DNA of 64,000 bases from an uncultured Alphaproteobacteria bacterium. GTDB lineage: Bacteria; Pseudomonadota; Alphaproteobacteria; Rhodobacterales; Rhodobacteraceae. The position numbers and the translations under genes are program-made. Shown here in pieces: positions 47,985 through 57,600 of the stretch (the first letter of the stretch is position 1; each line of letters begins with the position of its first letter). The notes under the pieces were generated by a model, which saw only the letters and a list, made by a program, of their open reading frames with translations, had not been told where the DNA came from and searched no databases. The stretch is taken from contig CAWCLQ010000020.1 in assembly GCA_963796445.1 (NCBI GenBank), positions 55,455-119,454 on the forward strand. Reading direction: 5' to 3'.

Positions 47985-48615
47985 GTTTCCTCAATCAGGA
48001 CGGCATCCTCGACAGGTTTTGCGGCGGCGGCTTTCAGACGATAATAGTCCTCACGGAGCTTGCGGCGCTTCGTCTCGAGGTCTGCAATCTTGCTTCATGG
48101 GAGGCCACCGGCGCTGCAACTGATGTATAGGCTTTGGCGACAAGCTCGTCGATGGAGATCCCTTGCGCGGTGAGTTCTGACAGGGCGTGTTGTTGTTTGG
48201 CCTCGTCTTCGCCGACAAGGTCGGCCCCCAATTGTTCGGCCTCACTGTTCTTTGTAAAAACATCGAACGTCCCGATTTTGCCATCGTGGAACGCGCCCTG
48301 AGAGAGCTGTCGTGTACCTGCGCGGATCAGCGCATCACGATAACGGCGGTGACCGAGGCTGTCGCACAGGATGTTGAAAAAATCCTCGGCGAGAACATGT
48401 TGCAGCGGAGTGGAAGGGGCGAGTTCCAAAAGGAGCGCCGCGTGCAGATCTTCCAGTTGCACGGGGTCTTCTCCCGGTAAAGGTTTACGTTTTGGTATCA
48501 GGTTTAAGAGCTCAGCGGCTCTTTGATTTTGAAGTGTCTTGACTGTTGTCCGGCATCTCTGTGTCCTTTTCTGCGGTGTGTGGCCCTCCCAAGCTTGATC
48601 TAGGATTAATACCAC
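47981..48615 (-). pseudogene. Paralog of the 53402-53983 gene with a 3'-proximal frameshift
   Basis: The ORF-track product ends aberrantly at 48034. An alternative frame reads IADLETKRRKLREDYYRLKAAAAKPVEDAVLIEET with its stop overlapping the next ATG (ATGA at 47981-47984). This matches the C-terminus of the intact copy. Confidence 0.45.
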
Positions 48616-48831
48616 ATGCAGGTCAGTTGTCCTAGAGCAACCACAACATCTGGGTAAAACTCAACTTAAGGTGTATCCAGGTCCCGCGAGAGGTCCTAGG
48701 AGGTCAGTAACACGCCGTGTCCTGCTACACAGTGCAACTTGAAGCTGTGGTCCGTTCCGCCAAAATACGACGCGGCGCCTCGAAAAGTGATTCGGTTTCT
48801 GAGCATGCGGCCGGGCGTCTCTCCTGAAATT

Positions 48832-48866
48832 AAAAAAGGCACCGGTGCAGTTCTGCACCCGATGCC
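48832..48866 (-). terminator. Rho-independent terminator after small ORF copy 2
   Basis: On the minus strand: GGCATCGGGTGCA-GAAC-TGCACCGGTGCC followed by TTTTTT. Confidence 0.7.
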
Positions 48867-48895
48867 TCTCGGTCTTGCGAGGTTTTGGTCGTGGT

Positions 48896-48997
48896 TTAGT
48901 GGTACCCGTTCACGCGTGTCTGGATGGAGTGGCACAGCGCGATGGATTTCACGATTTCAACACTGATTTTGCGGATTGTTTTGATACCTGACAGCAT
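48896..48997 (-). CDS. Conserved 33-aa ORF (copy 2), not in the ORF track
   Basis: MLSGIKTIRKISVEIVKSIALCHSIQTRVNGYH. AGGAGG Shine-Dalgarno. Seven nt differences from copy 1, of which four are synonymous. Confidence 0.55.
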   Translation of the reverse strand: MLSGIKTIRKISVEIVKSIALCHSIQTRVNGYH

Positions 48998-49306
48998 GTC
49001 TCACGTCCTCCTTGTACGCGTCACACTAGCAGGGGCGGTGCGGCCTGACTGTGAAGAAGGTTACATTGCTGTAATTTTTGTGGGGGTTTGCAGTCCGACG
49101 TTGTCGCATTGGGCAGCAGGCCTTGTGTCAACGCACATGCCACTGCACTGCACGACGTCGTCCGGCCCTTCTGAGGTGTTCATACCGACAACGGACCACG
49201 CGGCGCGTTCGTCGGGTTCTCAAGCTGAATGGGATCGGCATTCTTGCCCGACCTATTTGCAGAAAGCGCTCGTGCGCCGAAAATCTAAATGATTGTGGTT
49301 TTCCAG

Positions 49307-50279
49307 TTAAACAACAGTGAGATCGGGGAGTAGTTTTTCAAAGTAGGCTATGGTGCGGTTCAAACCCTGCTCCAATTAGAATCTCCGGTGCCCACCCGAG
49401 GGTGTTCTGCGCATGAGAGATATCCGGTTGCCTTTGCTTCGGGTCATCCTGCGGCATTGCCTCATAGATGATTTCGGATTTAGAACGAGTCAATTCGATC
49501 ACTTTTTGCGCCAGTTCCAGAATGGTGAATTCTTCAGGATTGCCGAGGTTAACCGGGCCTGTGATGTCGTCACTGGAGTTCATCAGTCGAATGAAGCCCT
49601 CCACGAGATCATCGACATAGCAAAATGAGCGTGTCTGCGCCCCCTCGCCAAACACGGTAATTGGCTCCCCGCGCAAGGCTTGCACGATAAAATTCGACAC
49701 AACCCGTCCATCTGCGTGGTGCATGCGGGGGCCATAGGTGTTGAAGATGCGTGCGACCTTGATCTGCAGATTATGCTGGCGGTGATAGTCGAAGAACAGG
49801 GTTTCGGCGCAGCGTTTCCCCTCGTCATAACAGGAGCGAATGCCGATCGGGTTCACGTTGCCCCAATAGCTCTCTGGTTGCGGGTGTACACTGGGGTCGC
49901 CGTAGACCTCACTGGTGGAGGCTTGGAAAATCTTGCAGTTGAGCCGCTTCGCCAGTCCGAGCATATTGATGGCACCGTGCACCGATGTCTTTGTCGTTTG
50001 TACAGGGTCGTGCTGGTAGTGGATCGGTGATGCTGGGCACGCCAGATTATAGATCTCGTCCACTTCGATGTAGAGAGGGAAGGTTACGTCGTGACGCATG
50101 AACTCGAAGCGCGGGTTCGTGTGTAAATGGTCGATATTGCGTTTCGAACCCGTGAAGAGGTTGTCTGCACAAATCACCTCATGCCCCTGGTCAAGCAGAA
50201 TGTCTGTCAGGTTCGAGCCAAGAAAACCAGCGCCGCCAGTTACGAGAATGCGTTTGCGGCTGTCATATAGTCTGGCCAT
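49307..50279 (-). CDS. UDP-glucuronate decarboxylase (UDP-xylose synthase), with an apparent 1-nt frameshift about 20 codons before the end
   Basis: [32 protein letters not shown]. After ~49375 the family-typical C-terminus [15 protein letters not shown] is in another frame, ending at 49307. Confidence 0.8.
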
Positions 50280-50693
50280 GAGAATCCTTAGAATTTTGAA
50301 AGTAATCGGGTAGATCACTTGTCCGAACGTTCGAGATGTCGCGTTTATTGTCAACGCAAATGCGGCCCCATTTAGACGTGAGGGGATAAAAAATGTTGTA
50401 AACCTGGTCGCTACCTTCTCGGTTCTAAAAGGCTGTTGTCGCGTTTGACGCTTGGAGGCTCACCGCCCATCATTGTGTTACATGCACGTAAAGGCGTGTG
50501 CGTGGGTTCAGAATGTTGCTGAAAATCCCCCCTGGTCATGGTCACTCGGAAGCTTGAGCAGGAGACGTCTTGCATTAACGGAAACAGATCGGGTTCCGTC
50601 TCGCACCCAAAATTTGGCTCTGCCCTCTGCAGGCTTGCGGAGGCTTTGGATCGAGCGCATGCTGCAGGTATCCTCAAAAATGGAGACGCGGGA

Positions 50694-51463
50694 ATGTCAC
50701 AATATGATCTGGATGGCCGTGTTGTCTTCGTCACCGGTGGTGCAACAGGTATCGGCAAGGCAACGGCGCAAGAGTGCGCTGCAAACGGCGCGCGCGTTGT
50801 CATATCCGAAAACCGCATGTCCCGGCTTGAACCGTCGCTGAAGAAATCTCCGCGCGTGGTGGCACAGTTCGAGCGGTCCAGTGCGATGTCACGCGCTCCG
50901 AGGACATCGCGCGGGCCGTGGCTTTTACGGTCGAGGCATTCGGGCGGCTCGACGGGGCCTTCAACTCTGCGGGCATCGCGCAAAACCTATCCGACCCGTC
51001 GAGCGCCTTAACTGAAGAGGAATGGGACAGCGTGATTGCCATCAATTTAAAGGGTGTGTGGCTGTCAATGAAGCACCAGATTGCCCAGATGCTTGAGCAG
51101 GGCGACGGAGGTTCTATCGTGAATGCGTCTTCCGTCGCAGGATTGGTTGGCACACGTGTTGGGCTGGCCTATTCTGCGAGCAAGCATGGCGTGACCGGCC
51201 TGACCAAGTCAGCCGCCCTGGAACAGGCCCAGACCGGCATTCGGGTCAACGCCGTTTGCCCGGGGTGGGTGGAGACGCCAATGACTAAACCGATCACAGA
51301 TGCCAACCCGGACTTTCTGCAGTTGTTGATCTCTCGCCACCCGATTGGGCGCGTTGGCCAAGCGCCCGAAATTAGTGGGCTTGTGGCGTGGTTGTTGTCG
51401 GATGCATCGAGCTTCATGACGGGCACGGCGATACCTATGGATGGCGGGCTGACCGCCCAGTAG
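50694..51463 (+). pseudogene. Short-chain dehydrogenase/reductase (SDR) with a frameshift near 50830
   Basis: VVFVTGGATGIGKA (frame 1). TVAEEISARGGTVRAVQCDVTRSEDI...NASSVAG...YSASKHGVTGLTK (frame 2). The shift is consistent with one missing base at CTTGAA/ACC. Confidence 0.7.
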
Positions 51464-51604
51464 GGGCGCCTCGAGGTTTGTGGTGCGCCTGGAACAGGCG
51501 CGGTTTTGTGCAAGGATGGGAGCCGCAGAACGTGGTCTTCTGAGTCCGATAGAGCGGATAAAGCTTGCTTAATTGTACGTGAGGCTCTAAGCGGCCTCTT
51601 GTTA

Positions 51605-51707
51605 CGTTACCTCTATCGATCCATCTGCTCCTCACGGCTCAGTGTCCCGATCTAGCACTGACATAGCCGACCTGCCGCATTCCGTGGGCAGCAAAAGGAG
51701 AACTACG
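51605..51707 (+). promoter_or_regulatory. Conserved cspA 5' leader (copy 2)
   Basis: Aligns with the reverse complement of 42920-43026. Confidence 0.55.
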
Positions 51708-51914
51708 ATGGCCAATGGCACCGTAAAATGGTTTAATTCTACAAAAGGTTTTGGATTTATCGCCCCTGAAGGCGGCAGCAAAGATGTGTTTGTGCACATC
51801 TCGGCAGTTGAGCGCGCTGGCTTGACCGGCTTGAACGACGACCAGAAAGTTACTTTTGATATCGAGTCCGGCTGCGATGGTCGCGAGAGCGCAGCCAATC
51901 TGGCCCTGGCTTAA
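51708..51914 (+). CDS. cspA: Cold-shock protein, CspA family (second copy)
   Basis: [40 protein letters not shown] Shine-Dalgarno. The ORF-track start at 51642 is rejected. Confidence 0.95.
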   Translation: MANGTVKWFNSTKGFGFIAPEGGSKDVFVHISAVERAGLTGLNDDQKVTFDIESGCDGRESAANLALA

Positions 51915-51950
51915 GGCTGTTCCCCGTAAGGGGTACTGCTGACAAACATT

Positions 51951-51983
51951 GGCGGGTGGATCGGGGACGATGCGCCCGCTTTT
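51951..51983 (+). terminator. Terminator hairpin after cspA copy 2
   Basis: GGCGGGTG-N14-GCGCCCGC followed by TTTT. Homologous to the copy-1 terminator. Confidence 0.5.
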
Positions 51984-52225
51984 AAATTCCCATGCAGAGG
52001 CTTGGGCGTTTTTCAGGCAGTCAGTTCCGCGGTACGGACTAAGTTTATCCGCTATCACGCCGGCAAACCGCCACGAGCGCAGTCATGATCCCTTGCGACA
52101 CATCATCTCGTGAATTGGATATGCCCCCGCTTGGGTCGCCCGAAAACTGCGCAATTGGTCGTGCAACACTGCGGCGTGCGCGCCTCCAGCTCCCGCATCA
52201 CAAAAAAGTAAGAGATCAAGAATAC

Positions 52226-52614
52226 ATGAAAAACTCTGATCGAGATCGTTTTGACGGACGTCTCAAAAACGCGTCTGACGCCAAACAGAACCGGCTTGAA
52301 CGCTTCAAAGCAGCAGCCGGTAGACCCGGAGAGACTGGCAAAGCGCACCAGACGAGATGAAGAAAACGCCGCCCGAAAAGCAGAGCGACAGGCGAAGGCG
52401 GCAAAGCTGCTCCAGCAAAAAGAAGACCTCGAACAGCAGAAATTTCAGGATGCCAAGCGCGCAGAAGAGCAAGCCGCGTTGCGCGCAGCAGAGCTTGACG
52501 CGGAAGCGGCGGTGACTGCCGATCAAAGCGATGGCGCAGACGACCGCGCGTGAAGCGGAGCGCAAGGCGGAACGAGACCGACGCTATGCTGCTAGACAAA
52601 ATCGCAAGCGCTGA
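52226..52614 (+). pseudogene. Small Lys/Glu/Ala-rich protein (DUF6481-like by eye) broken by two frameshifts
   Basis: MKNSDRDRFDGRLKNASDAKQNRLERFKAAA, then PERLAKRTRRDEENAARKAERQAKAAKL, then EAERKAERDRRYAARQNRKR, in three successive frames. Confidence 0.35.
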
Positions 52615-52727
52615 TTGGGCCAAAAAACGCCGCTCACAGACAATCAGAGTGCGCTGAAACACGGGCTCTATACGGCCGAGGCGAAGACGGTGATGCCATG
52701 ATCTGGGGTGCGGGGTCCGGGGAAGCG

Positions 52728-52851
52728 TTATCGGGCCTTTGCTGGGGGATCGTCTTGAGAAGAGAAAAATAGACGTCAAAACATTAATTAAAATCAATGG
52801 TATAGGTCTTTTTAGGTCATTTATTCAACCTGAAATAGAATTTGGGTTCGT
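52728..52851. repeat. Conserved AT-rich tail of the duplicated module (copy 2)
   Basis: Aligns with 47281-47410. Confidence 0.8.
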
Positions 52852-52859
52852 TTTATTTT

Positions 52860-53408
52860 TTATGTTTCGGTCCATGTCTTCAGTGCTTTCCGGCGGCGTG
52901 CTTCAGCTTCTCGTCTATAACGGGTGATCCGTTTCAGGGATTTGATATCTGCACCGCGGCTTGCGGTGGGGCCGGGTCCGTACAGCTCAAGCGGTTCTTG
53001 TGCCTGCGGATTCCCGGACTGTGCCAACTGAGCCTCGAGCGCGGCGGAACCGCTCAAACCGGCATCTTCGCTGCCAGAATACCGGGCATGTCTGTGGCGC
53101 ACCGTTCTATCTGTCATCTGTTTTAGATGCGTCTGTTCTGCACGGGCAGCCCGGGTGCGGCGCGCTTCCGTTTCGGCGAGGCGAAATGCGGCCAAATGCT
53201 TCGGATCGGCCGAAAACAGATCAGGCACTGCCTTAGCGTCATCAAGAATGATCCTGTACCAGTAGATCATCGCATCTTGGTCCGGGGGCATATTGAGCCC
53301 GTGCTGTGTTGCATTGCGCGATGAGCGGGCTTTACCTTGTCTGGTCCTGGGACCGGTACTCTTTTGCGCATTGGCCTTGTTTGCACGTTTTTGGCGGTCT
53401 GTTACCAT
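52860..53408 (-). CDS. Hypothetical protein with N-terminal ANKANAQKSTGP-x10-NA-x-HGL motif (intact copy)
   Basis: 182 aa. MVTDRQKRANKANAQKSTGPRTRQGKARSSRNATQHGL. C-terminal RYRREAEARRRKAL. The start overlaps the upstream stop (ATGGTAA). Confidence 0.6.
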   Translation of the reverse strand: MVTDRQKRANKANAQKSTGPRTRQGKARSSRNATQHGLNMPPDQDAMIYWYRIILDDAKAVPDLFSADPKHLAAFRLAETEARRTRAARAEQTHLKQMTDRTVRHRHARYSGSEDAGLSGSAALEAQLAQSGNPQAQEPLELYGPGPTASRGADIKSLKRITRYRREAEARRRKALKTWTET

Positions 53409-53983
53409 GTGTCTTGCTCAAGCTCCAATATGTTACCAATTGTTTTTGCAGCCTCCGCTTTTACTCTCTCTAAATCGTCGCGCAAGCGCCGCCGTCGAGG
53501 CTCTGCCTCCGCAATCTGACGGTCGAAATATTCCAACTGTAGGACAATTGCGCAGTACGCCCGAGCTTGCAGATCCTGATCCTTGATCCCCATCGTTGCG
53601 AGCTTTTCCTGTGCCGGAACGTGACGCTCCGGGTCGCTATGAAAAAGGTCGTCGGCAAACTTCAGGGCTTCGTGGTTGTTTCCGAGTACATCCTCGAGTC
53701 CCACCTCTGCCATGTAAAAAGCGTCGGCGGCCTGTCTTTTCATTCCATCCGCGATCAGGCTGGCGCGCATAGTTTTCATGCGCCTGGTTTCCCACTCCAG
53801 TTGTATGATGTTCTCCACCAAACTGCGTTGATAGGGGCCGCCTTGTCCCAAATCTGCAAGTGTTTCTTCCTGCAAGCTTTTGAACAGCGCCTCGTCTTCA
53901 CCAAGCCAGAATTGCATCTCGTGAAACGTATCCAGCAGATCCGGGCCAACTAAAATTTCTTGTGTTTTTGTTGAGTCTGTCAT
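53402..53983 (-). CDS. Hypothetical helical protein, first gene of the duplicated module (intact copy)
   Basis: 193 aa. Its paralog at 47981-48615 is of the same length. Coiled-coil-like C-terminus. Confidence 0.6.
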   Translation of the reverse strand: MTDSTKTQEILVGPDLLDTFHEMQFWLGEDEALFKSLQEETLADLGQGGPYQRSLVENIIQLEWETRRMKTMRASLIADGMKRQAADAFYMAEVGLEDVLGNNHEALKFADDLFHSDPERHVPAQEKLATMGIKDQDLQARAYCAIVLQLEYFDRQIAEAEPRRRRLRDDLERVKAEAAKTIGNILELEQDTW

Positions 53984-54669
53984 GGGGTGCTCCTGTTCTC
54001 TGTGTTACTGCATTTTCCACGGGTCATTGGTATCAGGCTACGGCTATGCGGGTCATCTCTACGGGTCGCTCCAAGCAGTTTCACGACAAAACGATACCTA
54101 TAGGGGATATGACGGGATATGACGCATGACGGGTCGGTCGCGGAGCCCTGAAATGTTCGGTTTGTGGTCTCGGTATGGCTTATTTTTATTCCCCGCCGAT
54201 TCCGGGCGTCCGGAAACGGGTCTGTGTGTCACAACGTTTTCAGTGTACATGATACGTACCTCCAGATAATTGGCTCCCTCGGTCTCCAGTTATGCTGTCG
54301 GTGGGCTTGTCTCGTACCAAATTTATGGTGGTAGTGTCAAGCGGCGCTACTATATGCGGTGTTGCAGGGTGCTTACGCGAAACTTTAGAGTTGCTCGGCT
54401 TTCCATTCTTGCGGGCATGTTCATATGCGCATAAAAGGGAGTGAAACTGGGTGGCCGTTCAGAGACGCTGCTGTCTGCGCAAGTCATAAATGCCACCATG
54501 ACCGCTGACGGGCGTGGGCTGGACCAGCACGGCCGCTTTGACCTGGCGAAGCAGCGTGCGATCGTGCTCAAATGTCACGCCCGAAACAATATGTCCGATC
54601 AGGCCATATTCTCACCCAAAAAAGGCTTATACTCAAAGGCTTGAGATGAGGTAGTTTGAACTCTGCACG

Positions 54670-57600
54670 ATGAACAGCGCTGCACCCATACGACGGTCGA
54701 ACATTCTGGATCGATGTATTTCCATCGATCTGGAGGTTGACCCCGATAAGGCAAGGATTTTCGCATTTGCCGCCGTTGGCCGCGATGTCGACAAAGGTGC
54801 CCTCGTCGCCAGAGGAAATGTTGGCGCGATGTTTCCCCAATTGGACGCCTACAGCCGGAGTTTCGATCACGTCATCGGGCACAATATTCTGCGCCACGAC
54901 TTGCCGCACCTCGCCGCCGCCTCATCGACGTTTGCACGACTGGCAGAGGCCCCGATTGACACTCTGTGGCTCAACCCGCTGGCGTTTCCGCGCAACCCTT
55001 ATCATCACCTCGTCAAGCACTACCAGGACGGCCGGCTGCAAACCGGTCACGTCAATGATCCCGAATTTGACGCGCGACTGGTGTTCGACGTTCTGCAGAA
55101 CCAGATTAGCGCGTTCCAGGAGCTCAATGCGGCGTCGCCGGATGCTCTGACCGCCTATCACTTCCTGTGCTGCCGGTCGCCCCGTAGCGACGGGTTCGAC
55201 AAGCTTTTTGCAGAGATCCGGAACGCGGAAAAACCAGACCGGGGCGCGGCAGAGAGAGCGATCCGCCGACTAATCGGATCGGAAGCATGCTCCGAGATGC
55301 TCGACCAAACGCTCAACGACCTGAATGATACCGCGCTTTCCTGGCCCATGGCCTATGCGTTGTCGTGGATTTCGGTGGCGGGGGGTGACTCTGGTGATGC
55401 CACCTTGGGTCCGAGCGCAGTTCCGCGACGCATCGCGCATTGTAAAAACCCTCAGGGACTCCAATTGCGGGAACCCGGGCTGTGAATACTGCAGCAAACA
55501 CAACGACCCGAAGGTGGCGTTGGAAAAGTGGTTCGGATTTGAAGATTTCCGGCCCGAACCGATCGACGAATTCGGGCGACCGCTTCAAGAGCGGATCGTC
55601 GAAAGTGCCATGCGCGGGGACAGCCTCTTGGGCATTCTGCCCACCGGCACCGGCAAGTCTATCTGCTACCAAATTCCGGCTCTCTCGCGCTTTGACAAGA
55701 CCGGTGCGCTGACGGTCGTCATATCGCCGCTCGTTGCCCTGATGGCGGACCAGGTGCAGGGGCTGGCGCGCGCAGGCATCTCATCAGCCGTCACGATCAA
55801 TGGCATGCTGTCCCTGCCCGAGCGACAGGATGCTCTGGACAAGGTGCGCATGGGCGATGCGGCCATCCTGCTGATTTCGCCGGAGCAGTTGCGGAGCACC
55901 TCGGTGCGGTCTGTTCTGGCGCAGCGCGACATAGGACTTTGGGTGCTGGACGAGGCCCACTGTGTCTCCAAGTGGGGGCACGATTTCCGCCCCGACTATC
56001 GATACGTCGGCCGCTTCATCAAGGAACGCTCGGGCGAGGAGGTCGCCCCGGTCCTCTGCCTGACAGCTACGGCCAAGCCCGAAGTCGTTCAGGATATCCG
56101 AGGGCATTTTCACGAGCGTCTGGGCCTCGAGCTCATTCTGCTCGACGGCGGTGCATCCCGGTCCAATTTGAGCTTCGAGGTGCTGCCCACCCAGCGCTCT
56201 ACCAAAATGGCCGATATCCTTGACCGTCTGGAGGAGCATTTGCCGACCACAGGGGCCTCCGGCGCAATCGTCTACTGTGCAACCAAACGGTCGACGGAGC
56301 GTGTGGCAGAATTTCTAAAGCAGCAGGGAATGTCGGCTGACTACTATCATGCCGGACGCACCCCCGACGAAAAGCGTGACATCCAGGAGGCCTTCCGCTC
56401 CGGTCATCTGCGTGTCATCGCTGCAACCAACGCCTTCGGCATGGGGATCGACAAACCCGACATCCGCCTCGTCGTCCACGGCGATGTGCCGGGGTCGCTG
56501 GAAAACTACTTGCAGGAAGCGGGCAGGGCGGGGCGCGATCGCAACCCTGCGCATTGCGCTCTTCTCTACAACACAGAGGACGTGGACAAGCAATTTGACT
56601 TGAGCGCGCGCTCGCGTCTGGCCCGCCACGAGATTGTCGCGATCCTGAAGGCCGTTCGCCGGCTCGACAGCAGGATGCGCAAGGACGGCGAGGTCGTCGC
56701 CACGTCGGGCGAAATTGTGAAAGAGGAACTGGATCGCGAGTTCCAGCGCGACAGCACGACCGACGACACCCGGGTTAAAACGGCCGTTGCCTGGCTCGAA
56801 GAGGCGAAGCTCCTCAGGCGCGAGGAGAACCGGGTGCAGGTCTTCCCGGCGTCACTGTCTGGTGCGCGATCTCGAGCAGGCCAAAGCATTCTCGACAAGG
56901 CCGACATCACGCAAGCGCGCCGGACAGCAGCTCTTGAGTATCGTTCGCCACATCATCAACGCGCCTGCCGAAGAGGGGATCTCGACCGATGTCCTGGCGG
57001 GGGCCAGCGGCCTCTCGGCGGCGGCGCTGCGCAAGGCGCTGACCGATCTCGAAGCGCTCGGGATCGCCAATGACGACACGAACATCACGATCTTCGTCCA
57101 TGTCGGCGTGGAGAAGGCGTCGCGAGCGCGGATTGACAAAGCGTCGAGACTGGAAGCCGACCTCATCGCCAGATTGCGGGAAGACGCGCCAGACGCCGAC
57201 AGCGGCGAGCCGATGCCGCTTAATCTGGCCGCGACCTGCCAGATGCTGCGGGAAGCGGGGCATGCATCCGTTCGACCGGATATCGTCGAAGGCTTGCTCC
57301 GCGGCATGGCGCAAGACGGCCGGGACATGGAGGGCGGACGCGGAAATCTGCATGTCCGAAAAGTCGCGCGCGGCAGCTTGCTGGTGCGCCTGCAACGCTC
57401 CTGGCCGGTCGTTGACAAGACGGCAGTGCTCCGACGTGATGGCGCGGGGAGGCTTCTGTCGCACTTGGTAGGTGCGATCCCGGAAGGGGTGAGGGGCAAG
57501 GATATCCAGGTCGAAACAACGCTGGGCGGGCTGCTCGGCGTCGATCACCGGCGATGCAATGCTGCGCGCGGCAGTCCACGACCCCAACAAATTGATGGAC

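Larger units (their letters stand above)
48832..49067. repeat. ~236-bp repeat, copy 2
   Basis: Aligns with 43646-43882. Confidence 0.85.

Noticed and set aside
50411-50983. 190-aa minus ORF
   Set aside because: It overlaps the SDR gene on the opposite strand and has no recognisable features.
52216-52797. 193-aa minus ORF whose N-terminus (MILINVLTSIFLFSRR) resembles that of ORF 47040-47351 (MIYINILTSIFLCSRR)
   Set aside because: The similarity is confined to the conserved AT-rich DNA repeat and disappears beyond it. The remainder is antisense to the DUF6481-like remnant. Conservation is better explained at the DNA level.
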